The position numbers and the translations under genes are program-made. Under the pieces are notes generated by a model. That model did not search any database and had not been told where the DNA came from. It was given only the letters and a program-made list of their open reading frames with translations. DNA of 64,000 nt from Planctomycetaceae bacterium. GTDB taxonomy: Bacteria; Planctomycetota; Planctomycetia; Pirellulales; UBA1268. The stretch lies in NCBI GenBank assembly GCA_021300535.1, contig JAJTED010000014.1, forward strand, positions 15,234 through 79,233, given 5' to 3'. Shown in pieces: positions 35,103 through 45,648 of the stretch (position 1 is its first letter; every line of letters begins with the position of its first letter).

Positions 35103-35960
35103 TTGTCCGATGGGGTCTGCGGCCACCCAAAAAACGACAAAATCGCCTGCCGCCCTGCCACCGAAGGGAACGGAGTGCAGGACTCGCACCCCCCTCGTTT
35201 GAACTACCCCCGCCATCATTCGCTCCGCCAGTCGGGAGCGGTCGCCTGCAAGCCCGGTGATGATGTCGCCACGGCGACGAATCGCCGCACGCCCCCCGCT
35301 GATTGCCAGCGGATCCTGATCGTTGGGGCCGGAGGATTCGGCCGTGAAGTGCTGCAGTGGGCCCGCGACACGTGGCCCGATCATGCAGGGCGAATCGCCG
35401 GGTTTCTGTCATCCGATGCCCGCGTCCTCGATGGATTCGACGGCTGCCCCGAGATCATCGGCCATCCCGACGCATACCACCCCGCGCCGGGTGACTACCT
35501 CCTGCTCGCCATCGGCGTGCCCTACGCCCGCCGGCAGGTCGCGGAATCGCTCCTGGCCCGAGGGGCCGAGTTCCTCACGCTCGTGCATCCGACAGCCATC
35601 GTCGCCGCGTCGGCCCGCATCGGCGCAGGCGCGATCCTTTGCCCCTATTCGATCGCCAGCGACGCCTGCCGCGTGGGCCGGTTCGTGATCCTGAACTACC
35701 ACACGTCCCTCGGCCACGACGCCTCGGCGGGGGATTTCGCGGTGCTGTCGCCCTACGCCACGCTCGGCGGCAACGCGCACATCCATGAAGACGTGTTCCT
35801 CGGGCTCCATGCCTCCGTCGGACCGGGCAAGACCGTTGGTGCCCGCAGCAAGGTGAGCGCGAACTCATGCTCCCTGGCTAACGCCCCAGCCGATTCGATC
35901 ATCTTTGGCGTGCCGGGCCGGATCGCGCGCCGCGTGGGCGGCGATTGGTTGCAATCATGA
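35103..35960 (+). CDS. PglD/NeuD-family sugar N/O-acetyltransferase (left-handed beta-helix)
   Basis: The core starts around 35310 (RILIVGAGGFGREV), followed by hexapeptide repeats. The true start is unclear because there is no ATG/GTG/TTG close to the core. Confidence 0.7.
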   Translation: MSDGVCGHPKNDKIACRPATEGNGVQDSHPPRLNYPRHHSLRQSGAVACKPGDDVATATNRRTPPADCQRILIVGAGGFGREVLQWARDTWPDHAGRIAGFLSSDARVLDGFDGCPEIIGHPDAYHPAPGDYLLLAIGVPYARRQVAESLLARGAEFLTLVHPTAIVAASARIGAGAILCPYSIASDACRVGRFVILNYHTSLGHDASAGDFAVLSPYATLGGNAHIHEDVFLGLHASVGPGKTVGARSKVSANSCSLANAPADSIIFGVPGRIARRVGGDWLQS

Positions 35961-36043
35961 ATGGCTTTGCCCGCCTCGCTACAACCGCTGCCCCCCCCGT
36001 GAATGCAGTTTCAGCAGCGAAACATTCGTGCTCTCGCGCCTGT

Positions 36044-36078
36044 GCGATGCGAAATCATTTGTTCGCGATGCGGAATCA
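36044..36078 (+). promoter_or_regulatory. 14 bp direct repeat in the AT-rich gap at the GC-content boundary
   Basis: GCGATGCGAAATCA at 36044-36057 and GCGATGCGGAATCA at 36065-36078 (21 bp period). Lies about 200 bp upstream of the first low-GC gene. Confidence 0.25.
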
Positions 36079-36279
36079 AACCCGTGGGAAACAATGAAAA
36101 GCCCATGGGGGGGAAATCGCAAAACACGCTTTCCAATCCTCTCTCTTGGGGACTACGCACTTGCGCAGAGGGCGGCAACTACAGGTGACTGAAATCTTAC
36201 TTCCGAAATTTTCACGCAATCTCAACAGCCAAGAGTCTTCTCTACAACAACCTTTTACACTCACTTCTGAATATCACAC

Positions 36280-37284
36280 ATGACAAATCACAAGCACGTT
36301 GCACTCGTAACCGGCGCGGCAGGATTCCTAGGATCGCATGTCGCTGAGCACTGCCTCAGCCTTGGGCTGCGTGTCATCGGTATTGATGACCTGTCGGGCG
36401 GATTTGAATCCAACGTACCTAAGGGCGTGGAATTTCATCACGGCTCCGTGTGCGACAAACTTTTTGTGCAGTCGCTTTTCGCGAAGCATGCGGTTGACTA
36501 TGTGTATCACCTCGCGGCCTACGCGGCGGAAGGTCTGAGCCATTTCATCCGTCACTTTAATTACGAAAACAATCTGCAGGGATCGATCCTCCTCATTAAT
36601 GAGGCTGTTCTGCATGATGTAAAGTGCTTCGTTTTCACGTCGTCGATCGCGGTCTATGGAACGGGCCAAACGCCCATGACCGAGACACTCGTGCCCGTTC
36701 CGGAAGACCCATACGGAATCTCCAAATACGCAGTGGAACTCGATCTCAAGGCCGCCCATCACATGTTCGGCCTAAACTCGATTGTCTTCCGACCACACAA
36801 CGTCTATGGCGAGCGGCAGAACACATCCGACCGATACCGCAACGTCATCGGCATTTTCATGCAGCAGGCGCGCACGGGTCAGCCGATGTCAGTATTCGGC
36901 GATGGCCTGCAGACCCGAGCCTTTTCTCACGTAGACGACGTGGCGCCGATTATTGCAAGCGCGCCACTAGTGCCCGCCGCGTACAACGAGACGTTCAATG
37001 TGGGAGCTGACACACCCTACACCGTGTTGGCACTTGCTGAGGAGGTCGCCCGCGCTTTCGACATCACCCCCAACATCGTGCATCTGCCAGCACGTAACGA
37101 GGTCGTCCATGCGTTTTCGGATCACAGCAAGGTTCGACGTGTCTTCGCGCCGCCGCCCTGCGTCGAACTGGGAGAGGGGATCCGCCGGATGGCTAAATGG
37201 ACGAGAACGCAGCCGCTACTTCCGCCGACAAGCTTCGGAGCCATCGAGGTCCGCCGCAATCTGCCGCCGAGTTGGCAGGCCTAG
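36280..37284 (+). CDS. NAD-dependent sugar epimerase/dehydratase (extended SDR)
   Basis: 334 aa with VTGAAGFLGSH, YHLAAY and YGISKY motifs. Confidence 0.85.
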   Translation: MTNHKHVALVTGAAGFLGSHVAEHCLSLGLRVIGIDDLSGGFESNVPKGVEFHHGSVCDKLFVQSLFAKHAVDYVYHLAAYAAEGLSHFIRHFNYENNLQGSILLINEAVLHDVKCFVFTSSIAVYGTGQTPMTETLVPVPEDPYGISKYAVELDLKAAHHMFGLNSIVFRPHNVYGERQNTSDRYRNVIGIFMQQARTGQPMSVFGDGLQTRAFSHVDDVAPIIASAPLVPAAYNETFNVGADTPYTVLALAEEVARAFDITPNIVHLPARNEVVHAFSDHSKVRRVFAPPPCVELGEGIRRMAKWTRTQPLLPPTSFGAIEVRRNLPPSWQA

Positions 37285-37354
37285 ACCACGGTGATCCGCC
37301 ATAGACGGCTTCCCGCCCCCGGGCCACTCTTCTAGCCAATCTTCCGCTTAACTT

Positions 37355-38239
37355 ATGCCGAATCCACTCGTCAGCGCGTGTCTTTTAACTTATAAGCGGG
37401 CTTCCGTTGTGCCGCGAACCATCGCCGACCTTCTACAGCAGACTTTTCACGACTTCGAGTTGATTATCAACGACGACAACTCGCCGGACGACACTGAGGC
37501 GGTTTGTCGGGAGTTCGAGCATCGGGATCCGCGGGTCCGCTATTTCCGCAACGATCGCAATCTTCGCTACGCGGGCAATCAGAACGTCGCTGTTGAACGG
37601 TCCCGCGGGAAGTACGTGGCGTTCATTCACGACGGCGATCGTTACTCGCCGCAATTGCTTGAGCGATGGGTAGCGGCGATGGAGGCCTGCCCGGATGCCG
37701 CCTTGGTCTTCAATGCCGTCAATGTGCTCGACCGCGATGGGAACGTGGCCCGAAGCTACGACCATGGCTATGCCCCCTGCACGCCAGGCCGCGACTTTTA
37801 CGACCACATGCTTACAACTATCCATTCGCCGATCTTCGGGATCGTGATGGTGCGTCGCGATGCGATTGTGGCCGCCGGCCCCTTTGACTTGTCGTTTCCC
37901 ATTCTCGCGGACGTCGACATGTGGTTTCGCCTACTCCTTCGTGGCGACGTGGCCTACGTTCCGGAGCGGCTATACTCAATCTACCCGCGCGAGGCAGACC
38001 ACCCCAACGCACGAGTAAACTGGCGGATTCGTGCCGAGTTGGCCCGAATCTATCGAATGGCGTGCGACCGAAGGCATGGCCGAGGCAGTCCTGCCTGGCG
38101 ACAAGTGCGACGGCAGGTGGATCGGGCGTTGCTAAAGGCCGACGCCCGCGACCTCGCGGTCGCCCTGGCGAAGTTCCGCTGGGGCACGGCTGCCGCGGGC
38201 GTGCTCGCTGTCCTTCGTCGTCACCTGGTGGCCCGTTGA
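37355..38239 (+). CDS. glycosyltransferase family 2
   Basis: 294 aa with SACLLTYKR, IINDDNSPDDT and HDGD motifs. Confidence 0.85.
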   Translation: MPNPLVSACLLTYKRASVVPRTIADLLQQTFHDFELIINDDNSPDDTEAVCREFEHRDPRVRYFRNDRNLRYAGNQNVAVERSRGKYVAFIHDGDRYSPQLLERWVAAMEACPDAALVFNAVNVLDRDGNVARSYDHGYAPCTPGRDFYDHMLTTIHSPIFGIVMVRRDAIVAAGPFDLSFPILADVDMWFRLLLRGDVAYVPERLYSIYPREADHPNARVNWRIRAELARIYRMACDRRHGRGSPAWRQVRRQVDRALLKADARDLAVALAKFRWGTAAAGVLAVLRRHLVAR

Positions 38240-38322
38240 GTTCACCGCCAGCAGCTGGGAACGGCCCCGCCGAGGAGCGATTCGCGGCGCCCGCCGACCC
38301 ACAAACGCCCGTCATCGGCACC

Positions 38323-39852
38323 ATGCTGTCACGGCTCGTCGGCGGTTCAGCCGTGTCGCTTATTGGATTCGGCGTCACTGTGCTGCAAGCAATCTTACAA
38401 GTGCCTTTGCTGCTTGCAGCGTGGCCCGCTGAAACGTTCGCAGCCTGGGTAACCGCGTTGGCAATGCATGCGTTTGTCATTAGTTGTGACGTAGGTTTTC
38501 ACAGTTTCATTGGCGTTGAAATCACGCTGACGGGACTAGGCGATTGTCGACCCGTCCGTCAGTTGTTTGGCGCCGCGGTACGAATCTGGGGCGTCTTTTC
38601 CGTATTACAGATTGCAATACTTGCTGCGGTATGGTTCGGGCCAGACCTACTGGCCGGCATGGACATCCCGTCTATCGAGATCCTCCGCGCCGCACGCGCG
38701 CCTTTCGCGATTTTCGTAATTCAATGGATCTTCGTAGGCTCGTTTCTCAGCCTGGTGTGCCGAGTGCTGCTTGCCGGCGGAGAAACGATCTTTTTTCAGT
38801 GGTTTGGCGTGTTGCATCGAACCCTTTTATTCGCTGCCACCGTCACGGCGGCCTGGGCTGGTGCAGGGGCGGGCGCGGTCGCGATCGCCTATAGCTTCGC
38901 AGGCACGCTGTCGGCGCTGCTTTGTATTACCTATGTTTTGCGTCGTTATCCGGCGATCGTACCGAAATCGCCGGACGGCTCTTGGCAGATCGCTTGGTCG
39001 CTGTTTCGCCGATCCACGGGCCTGACGGTATCGAGCATGCTCGAGCAATCGTCGGTCGGCGGGCTGACAACCGCCGTGGCAGGGGTGTTCGATGACCTAC
39101 AGACCGCGGCTTTCGCCACCATGCGATCTCTGGCGAACTTTGTCACGCAGGCCGCGGGAGTCGTACTTAATCCGACCGTTCCCGAGTTTGGCAGGGCGGC
39201 GACCCCCGAAAACATCCACAAAGCCGCGCTGATCATCGACTCCGCTTTGATCATCGGCACGACCGTATTAGCCACAACGGTATCAGTAGCCTCACCTTGG
39301 ACCAGAGCGTTGTACGGAGCCTGGACCAGAAATGAACTGCCTTTCGACACTTGGTTATTCGTCGGCCTTGTTGCGGCGGTGCTGATTCGGCAGGTCGGGG
39401 TACCGTTTCATTGTTTCTTGCATGGAACAAATCGGGTTCGGCAGCAATTCGTCGCGACCGCGGTTCGGGCCTCCGTCTTGTTTGGGACGCTTCCGCTTGC
39501 GATAAATCGGCTTGGATTATCCGGCATTAGTACCGCCATGGTCGCCGCCGAAATCTGCACCGCCGCGTACCTCCTGGTAGTCGTGCGGCAGGCATTTCGG
39601 GAATACGGCCAACCTCTTCAACTGATCAGTCCGATCCTGGCCGCCGCACAAACGCTGGGCGCTGTAGCATGCCTAGGTGGTGCACTTGCGTCGCCGGTCG
39701 GTTCGCACGCCTGCGTTGGAGCCGCGATCGCGGCGCACACCGTGCTTCTGGGACTACAGCTCCGATCCCTTCCCGCCGAGCTAATTTCAGCTGTCATAAC
39801 GCACACATCGATCGGGCTCTCCCGCACCCGGAGGAGGACGGGACGTGCCTAA
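38323..39852 (+). CDS. oligosaccharide flippase-like (Wzx/MOP) membrane protein
   Basis: 509 aa from ATG 38323 with about 12 or more hydrophobic segments. Positioned inside the glycan locus. The track ORF from 37921 overlaps GT2. Confidence 0.55.
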   Translation: MLSRLVGGSAVSLIGFGVTVLQAILQVPLLLAAWPAETFAAWVTALAMHAFVISCDVGFHSFIGVEITLTGLGDCRPVRQLFGAAVRIWGVFSVLQIAILAAVWFGPDLLAGMDIPSIEILRAARAPFAIFVIQWIFVGSFLSLVCRVLLAGGETIFFQWFGVLHRTLLFAATVTAAWAGAGAGAVAIAYSFAGTLSALLCITYVLRRYPAIVPKSPDGSWQIAWSLFRRSTGLTVSSMLEQSSVGGLTTAVAGVFDDLQTAAFATMRSLANFVTQAAGVVLNPTVPEFGRAATPENIHKAALIIDSALIIGTTVLATTVSVASPWTRALYGAWTRNELPFDTWLFVGLVAAVLIRQVGVPFHCFLHGTNRVRQQFVATAVRASVLFGTLPLAINRLGLSGISTAMVAAEICTAAYLLVVVRQAFREYGQPLQLISPILAAAQTLGAVACLGGALASPVGSHACVGAAIAAHTVLLGLQLRSLPAELISAVITHTSIGLSRTRRRTGRA

Positions 39853-40876
39853 ACTGCTCTACGTTGGCGACCTCGCTTCTGGCACAACGTCCAGGATGAG
39901 ATGTGACACGCTCCGGCAGCTTGGTTTTACGACGTGCGAGTTGCCGACAGACGTTTTCCAGCCGAGTATTCTTTTGCGATATGCAGACAAGTTCGCCCGC
40001 CGGCTGCGGGTCCCAATTGACCATGCCGGCGTGAACGTAGCACTCCTTGCATTGCCAGAGGCCCCAGACCTGCTGTGGATCGACAAGGGCAACACGGTGC
40101 TACCGTCCACGCTGCGGCGACTGCGCAGGCGATTTCCGCGGTTGCGCATCGTCGGCTACAGTCCCGACGACATGATGCAATGGCACTGCAGTTCAATTTA
40201 TTTTCTACTGGGCCTGAAGTACTACGATGCCTTCCTCACGACGAAGTCATTTGGGGTAGCTGAACTCCGTCGGTGGGGCTGCCCGCGTGTGATTTTCAAC
40301 GAAAACGCTTACGATCCTGCCACCCACAGGCCGGCCCTAGACCACCATGGATTGCCAATTGAGCAAACGATCGGGGTCGGCTTCATCGGCCATCACGAAA
40401 TGGAGCGGTGCCGATCGATCGCGCGGCTGTGCGAGGCGGGAGTAGCGGTCACCGTCACTGGCCCTGGTTGGTACCGTTACCGCCGATCGCTGCCGGCGAA
40501 TGCCACCGTTCTGCCCCCGGTGTTCGGCGACGAATACGCCGCTCGGATCAGTGCGACAATCGTGAATCTCGGTTTTCTGCGGAAGATGAACCGTGACCTC
40601 CAAACGCAGCGTACGGTAGAAGTCCCGGCCTGCGGCGGATTCCTACTTGCCGAGCGCACGGCGGAGCAGCAACAACTGTTCGCCGAGGGCATGGAAGCCG
40701 ATTACTTCGGCGATGATGACGAACTGATTCGTAAAGCCAAGCTCTATCTCGCCAAGCCTGCTGCAGCTCGGCGCATCGGTGCCGCCGCTCTCGAGCGGTG
40801 CCGGTCAGGCCGTTACAGTTATAAAGAGCGTCTTTCCGACGCCCTTGCCGAACTCGACCTTCTGCCGTCAGGGTAG
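39845..40876 (+). CDS. CgeB-like/DUF3880-type glycosyltransferase
   Basis: 343 aa with a C-terminal GT1-like fold (EVPACGGFLLAERTAEQQQLF, YFGDDDEL). GTG start. Confidence 0.6.
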   Translation: MPKLLYVGDLASGTTSRMRCDTLRQLGFTTCELPTDVFQPSILLRYADKFARRLRVPIDHAGVNVALLALPEAPDLLWIDKGNTVLPSTLRRLRRRFPRLRIVGYSPDDMMQWHCSSIYFLLGLKYYDAFLTTKSFGVAELRRWGCPRVIFNENAYDPATHRPALDHHGLPIEQTIGVGFIGHHEMERCRSIARLCEAGVAVTVTGPGWYRYRRSLPANATVLPPVFGDEYAARISATIVNLGFLRKMNRDLQTQRTVEVPACGGFLLAERTAEQQQLFAEGMEADYFGDDDELIRKAKLYLAKPAAARRIGAAALERCRSGRYSYKERLSDALAELDLLPSG

Positions 40877-40882
40877 TCAACG

Positions 40883-42340
40883 ATGGGCATCTTAATCCTA
40901 ATTCTATGCATAGGCTGTTTTACACCGCTCATGGTTGGCATGGCGAGACACATTCTCCATTTCCCGGAGAGGATCTCGACGCCAACCTGGCTGTTGGTGA
41001 CCAATGCGTTGTTTATTCTCGGCGGGCCCGTCGTTTACTGGACGCTGTACGGGGAAGATCTGACGAACTCGGTCCGCGGTGCCGCGACTATCGCGGGCGT
41101 CATCGTCGCCTATTCGGCCTGCCTCGCCGGCTCTTATTTTGTAGTAACGCGGGGCGTAACAGCGATCACGGGCATCCGGATTGAAGGCTCTGTGGCCTCG
41201 CTCAAGCGTGTCGCCGCCGTCGCGAAGCCGACTGAGGTGCTAATGTGTTCGGCAGTCGTAATCGCCGTGCAAGTGGTTTCGCTGTGGCTCTACAGCCTCG
41301 GCCTTACCGGCGGCACGATGGCCTACGACTACAAGCTTCACGTCCCCTATTTCATCATAGTGGCGTACATGCTGATAGGAAGCGCATCGCTCGGCGTGGC
41401 TGCTTTGCTGGCCAAGATCGCGTTAGGACAGAGCGATTTACGATTTCGCTTTGCGGCTATGGCCATGCTTGCGATTGAGTACGCAATCACGATTTACTCG
41501 GGTCGACGTGAACTGGTTTGGCTTACCGTCGCCGTCACCTTGGGCGTGATTTGGTCCGGCCGACGTCGATGGTTAGTGGCCGCGCCGTTTGCATTGGGCG
41601 GCGTTTACCTGATCCTGTTCGTATTCGCGCCGGTGTTTCTCCGGGCAAGAATTTTGTATTCCGGCGGCAACGCCCCTTCCGTGATGGAGGCGTATCGAAT
41701 TGCCATCGAGGACCGGTCAACTGACGTCACGGGAAAGACCGACCTGGAAGCGCAGCGAAACACGTCCTGGAGGTTTCGCACCTATGCCTTCTGGGAGCAG
41801 TTTTATGAGGATCGCGGACCAGCGTTCACGCACGGCAAGATTCTGAGCCAGGCAGTCCTGATGACCTTGCCCCGGGCAATCTTCGGTTTCACCAAATATT
41901 CTCTCGGCGTCGTGGACGAGAATCTACTTGAAACACGAATCGACATCTGCAACAACGTCAGCCTGGAGTCATACGTCGATCTTGGCGCGCTCGGCCCCGC
42001 CGTATACGGGATCATCTTCGGCGCCGTGTTCGCCCTTTGCGATGCCCTGATCTGCTTCTCCGGTTCTCGCTATCGGATGCTCGCCGCGCTAAACATCGGG
42101 ATCCTCATGCGGCATCTGCTCGGTCCGGAGGCGAATCCCATTGCCTACTTTTCTGAGTTCCGCACCTGTGTCATCTACGCGCTATTGGCTGCCCTGTTTG
42201 CAACTTTACTTCGCCGGAAGCCGATGCAAGCGGATTCCGAACCGCTCAAAAGCGGTATAGCGGCAAGAACCCGCCTGGAGCCCGCGGCAATCCCGCCGGT
42301 CAGGCCGCCAAGCCGCCCGCTACCGGTGCTTCCTTCTTAA
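40883..42340 (+). CDS. polytopic membrane protein, O-antigen polymerase (Wzy)-like
   Basis: 485 aa with 10 or more TM segments and no soluble domain. The call rests mainly on context. Confidence 0.45.
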   Translation: MGILILILCIGCFTPLMVGMARHILHFPERISTPTWLLVTNALFILGGPVVYWTLYGEDLTNSVRGAATIAGVIVAYSACLAGSYFVVTRGVTAITGIRIEGSVASLKRVAAVAKPTEVLMCSAVVIAVQVVSLWLYSLGLTGGTMAYDYKLHVPYFIIVAYMLIGSASLGVAALLAKIALGQSDLRFRFAAMAMLAIEYAITIYSGRRELVWLTVAVTLGVIWSGRRRWLVAAPFALGGVYLILFVFAPVFLRARILYSGGNAPSVMEAYRIAIEDRSTDVTGKTDLEAQRNTSWRFRTYAFWEQFYEDRGPAFTHGKILSQAVLMTLPRAIFGFTKYSLGVVDENLLETRIDICNNVSLESYVDLGALGPAVYGIIFGAVFALCDALICFSGSRYRMLAALNIGILMRHLLGPEANPIAYFSEFRTCVIYALLAALFATLLRRKPMQADSEPLKSGIAARTRLEPAAIPPVRPPSRPLPVLPS

Positions 42341-43527
42341 CTCGCCATCAGCCCGCGCACCTTGCGGCCGATCTTGTCTAGAACGTCTTGCCAAACTTGC
42401 TGGCGGTGAGACGTTCCCGCGATCTGCGTCAGATCTCTGCTGCGTGAATCGAATTGGAGGTAAGTTATGAGTCGGCCAAGATCCTCGCGTTGGCGATCCT
42501 CGTGATATTCCCGCAGCACGAACTCGCGGCCGGCAATCCCCATCGCGTCGCCCGCTTCCGGATGCTCGAGCAGATGCCGCAGCGCTGCCTCCGCCTGGTC
42601 GCGTCCTGTGACGCGAAGGCCGGTACCGAAGGGGTTGGAAAAAGCGTAAACCATGTCGTTGCCCGAGATTACTGGGCGGCCCATGGCGTGGGCGTCGAGC
42701 ACCGACCCTGGGCCGCATTCGTTTCCCAAGCTGACGACCGCCACGCGAGCGGTGCTGATTTCTTGCAGGAGCCTGGCCAGCGGCAGGCAAAGAACCGAAA
42801 TCCGTTCCCGGGGAAGGGAGACGCCTACCGTGAGGTGTGGCGGAAGCTGCTGGCGGCTCGTGCCATACTGAGGACCGCACAGCATCCAGCGAAGCCCAGG
42901 CCGCGTCCTCATAACTTTCGCCATTACTTCACACCACGTTCTCAGGCCCTTCTTGTTCCAGGACCCGACCCAAACAACCTTGTCTTCCACGGTTGCTGGA
43001 GCGACGCGGCTGTGAAACTCCGCCCAGGGAATCGCGTTCCGCACGAGCACGAACTTTCCCCGAAGCCGTGGAAACCGCGCGCAGTAGTCGGCGAGATGAC
43101 CTGGGCCCACGAAGGCATAGGCGTCGATCCATCTGCCGTGCGAGAAGGCCGCCCGATCGGCTCCGACGTCGATATTCTGACCGACGTGCACGATTCGGGC
43201 GCTCGGAAAATTCGCCCGAAAACAGGCGGCCGCGTCGTAGGCGCCCTCCAGCAACACGATGTCCGGAGACCGCACGCGGCCCTGCCGAATCGCCGCCAAC
43301 TGATCGTCGCGCGACCCCGTTCCAATGAACTCGACGTTCCGCTCGACGAACGAGTTCGGACCAGCGCCCATCACCTGCACTCTATGCCCAAGCGCCGTGA
43401 GGTGCTGCGCGTGCCAGAGCATCTGCAACTCCGTGCCACCCACTCCCGTGTGCGCGACCGTCGAAAAAGTAAGTCCGTCCCGAAACGCCGAATGCCAGCC
43501 TCGCCAGAGCAAAATCGACAGGCCCAT
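42337..43527 (-). CDS. glycosyltransferase (GT1/GT4-like)
   Basis: ATG at 43527 (MGLSILLW). Has GVGGTELQ near the N-terminus and a GT-B C-terminal half. It is the only minus-strand gene in the block, with a 4 bp tail-to-tail overlap with the Wzy-like gene. Confidence 0.6.
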   Translation of the reverse strand: MGLSILLWRGWHSAFRDGLTFSTVAHTGVGGTELQMLWHAQHLTALGHRVQVMGAGPNSFVERNVEFIGTGSRDDQLAAIRQGRVRSPDIVLLEGAYDAAACFRANFPSARIVHVGQNIDVGADRAAFSHGRWIDAYAFVGPGHLADYCARFPRLRGKFVLVRNAIPWAEFHSRVAPATVEDKVVWVGSWNKKGLRTWCEVMAKVMRTRPGLRWMLCGPQYGTSRQQLPPHLTVGVSLPRERISVLCLPLARLLQEISTARVAVVSLGNECGPGSVLDAHAMGRPVISGNDMVYAFSNPFGTGLRVTGRDQAEAALRHLLEHPEAGDAMGIAGREFVLREYHEDRQREDLGRLITYLQFDSRSRDLTQIAGTSHRQQVWQDVLDKIGRKVRGLMAS

Positions 43528-43627
43528 GATCAACGTCCAAATGGTTTCCGTGGGCCACCGCCCCGGTGCCGAGCATGGTACGCAATGAAGGCGCCCTCCA
43601 CCAGCAGCGCGCGACGCAGGTGACGCT

Positions 43628-44422
43628 TTGATCCTTCGACTTTTGCGGGCGCTGAGATCGCTGGCCGTAAACCCGCACAACTACTACCGGGAGTTGGTCA
43701 CGACCAACTGGCGACTGCACATCGTTGATCCGACCGACTGGCTCCGATTCAAGACACTCGTCCAGCGAGAGATGGCCTCCCGCAGGTCGATTAATTCCCG
43801 GGTCGAGACGCGGGCGATCGATGTGCTTTTCCCGGGAATCCTATCGGAGCCCGTGCGAATTTTTCCTATTCCCCCACATCCCTTCAATGTCTCTTGGCAT
43901 GAACTAGTGCTGCTGGCCGCGATCACGCGGCACCTCAAGCCGAAGCAGATCTTCGAGTTCGGCACCTTCGATGGGCGGACATCCCTTCATCTGGCCGCGA
44001 ACGCACCGGACGATGGCGTTTTACACACGATCGACATCACCGCAGGAGCATTCGATTTTGGTGCAGATTCAGGATTCTGCGAACCGGTCAGCGTTGGCCG
44101 ATGGATCTGCGGCCGCATTCTCGATCCCCATATCGTCGCGATCACGGGCGATTCGGCGACGTACGATTTCTCGGCTTTTCGCGGTCGCACCGACCTGGTG
44201 TTCATTGACGCCGATCGCGGTGAGGCCGCGGTCCTCCGCGACTCGGCCGCCGCTTTCGAGATGCTCGCTTCAGGCCGGGTGGTAATTTGGCATGACTACC
44301 TGATGCTCGACAGCGTCACCAAGGCGCTGACAGGATTGGCCGAAGGCCGCAAGATCTTCCACGTTTCCGGCACGACCTTGGCGCTGACTCGCAACGCTCC
44401 TCCCAACGTGACGGCAGCATGA
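43628..44422 (+). CDS. class I SAM-dependent (O-)methyltransferase
   Basis: IFEFGTFDGRTSLHLA and VFIDADR motifs. The TTG start at 43628 is uncertain. Confidence 0.62.
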   Translation: MILRLLRALRSLAVNPHNYYRELVTTNWRLHIVDPTDWLRFKTLVQREMASRRSINSRVETRAIDVLFPGILSEPVRIFPIPPHPFNVSWHELVLLAAITRHLKPKQIFEFGTFDGRTSLHLAANAPDDGVLHTIDITAGAFDFGADSGFCEPVSVGRWICGRILDPHIVAITGDSATYDFSAFRGRTDLVFIDADRGEAAVLRDSAAAFEMLASGRVVIWHDYLMLDSVTKALTGLAEGRKIFHVSGTTLALTRNAPPNVTAA

Positions 44423-45648
44423 AAATCCTCGTCGTCGCCGACTACTTCTTTCCCTGCCAGCCCGGCGGGCTCGCGCGGGTGGCGTGGGATGTTGCCCAGG
44501 CACTCGCCCGGCGCGGCCACGACGTCGAACTCGTGGCTGCGGGCGCGGGCGACAGCGCGGCCTCGACGACAACCACGGTTGTCGAAGGTGTGTTATGCCA
44601 CCTGTTTCGCAGGCCGCTTTTCGCTAACTGGGATCCAAGGCGATTGACCGCCGCAGTGGCGGCCTACGCGGGGCAGGTAAGCAGAGCGCTCGCCGGGAAA
44701 CAATTTGACGTTATTCACTTCCACAGCATCTTCACGGGCGCCGCAGTGCTGCGGGCGATGAAGCAAGCGCCCCAACGGGCTGCCTTGGTTTACACTGTGC
44801 ATTCGCCGGTCGTTCAGGAACAGCGGCTCACGTGGTCGCAGCAGGGCCTGGTGGGCTTCGTCAATCAGGCCGTCGGGATCCCGGTGGCGCGGCGGATGGA
44901 GCGGCGGCTCCTCGCGTGCGCCCATGCCACCCACGTTCTCTCCCGATTCACGGCCAATGAGCTCGCCCGAGAACATCCGCAGGTACGCTTCCCGTGCCAA
45001 CTGATTCCGCACTTCTTCTACGGCGAGTGGCGGAGGCGGCTGACCAGGGCCGAAGCCCGGAGCCGACTTGGCTGGCCGTCGAACCGGCCCGCTTTATTCA
45101 CGGTTAGGCAATTGCGGCACCGGTATGGCATCGACGACGCCATCACCGCCGTGGCTCCACTGGCGGCTGCAGGGCGGTGCACGTTTCACATCGCTGGTGA
45201 CGGGCCCAACATGGGCAAACTCCGTACGCAAATCGACGACAGCGGGTGCCGTGAATCGATCACACTTATGGGGCGGCTGCCAGATGACACTCTGCAGGTC
45301 GGGTATCAGGCGGCAGATCTCTTTCTCTTGCCGACACGCGCCTTGGAGTGCTTTGGGCTCATCAGCCTCGAGGCGATGAGTTTCGGTCTTCCCGTGCTCG
45401 GCACCAACGTTGGCGCGATTCCCGAGGTGATTGGTCCGGTTTTGCCAGGTTTTCTGAGTCCGCCGGGTGACCCAGAGGCTTTTCGTGCGAAAATCACCGA
45501 CTATTTGGACGGCCGAATTATTCCTCCAGCGGAAGAAGTCATTCGCGGCCATGTCACAGCCAACTATTCCGAGTTAGCCGTGATGACGCAGTATGAACTG
45601 CTCTACGAACGCGCCCGTGCAACAAAGGCCAAGTTGCCCACCTCGTGA
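44419..45648 (+). CDS. glycosyltransferase family 4 (GT-B)
   Basis: 409 aa with KILVVADYFFPCQPGGLARV and a C-terminal E..G...LEAMS.G.PV motif. ATGA coupling to the upstream gene. Confidence 0.85.
   Translation: MKILVVADYFFPCQPGGLARVAWDVAQALARRGHDVELVAAGAGDSAASTTTTVVEGVLCHLFRRPLFANWDPRRLTAAVAAYAGQVSRALAGKQFDVIHFHSIFTGAAVLRAMKQAPQRAALVYTVHSPVVQEQRLTWSQQGLVGFVNQAVGIPVARRMERRLLACAHATHVLSRFTANELAREHPQVRFPCQLIPHFFYGEWRRRLTRAEARSRLGWPSNRPALFTVRQLRHRYGIDDAITAVAPLAAAGRCTFHIAGDGPNMGKLRTQIDDSGCRESITLMGRLPDDTLQVGYQAADLFLLPTRALECFGLISLEAMSFGLPVLGTNVGAIPEVIGPVLPGFLSPPGDPEAFRAKITDYLDGRIIPPAEEVIRGHVTANYSELAVMTQYELLYERARATKAKLPTS

Noticed and set aside
35961-36279. tRNA gene or att site marking the GC-content boundary (also checked at 58607-58811)
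   Set aside because: I could not fold any cloverleaf-like segment or find an anticodon-arm pattern. No direct repeat is shared between the two boundaries.
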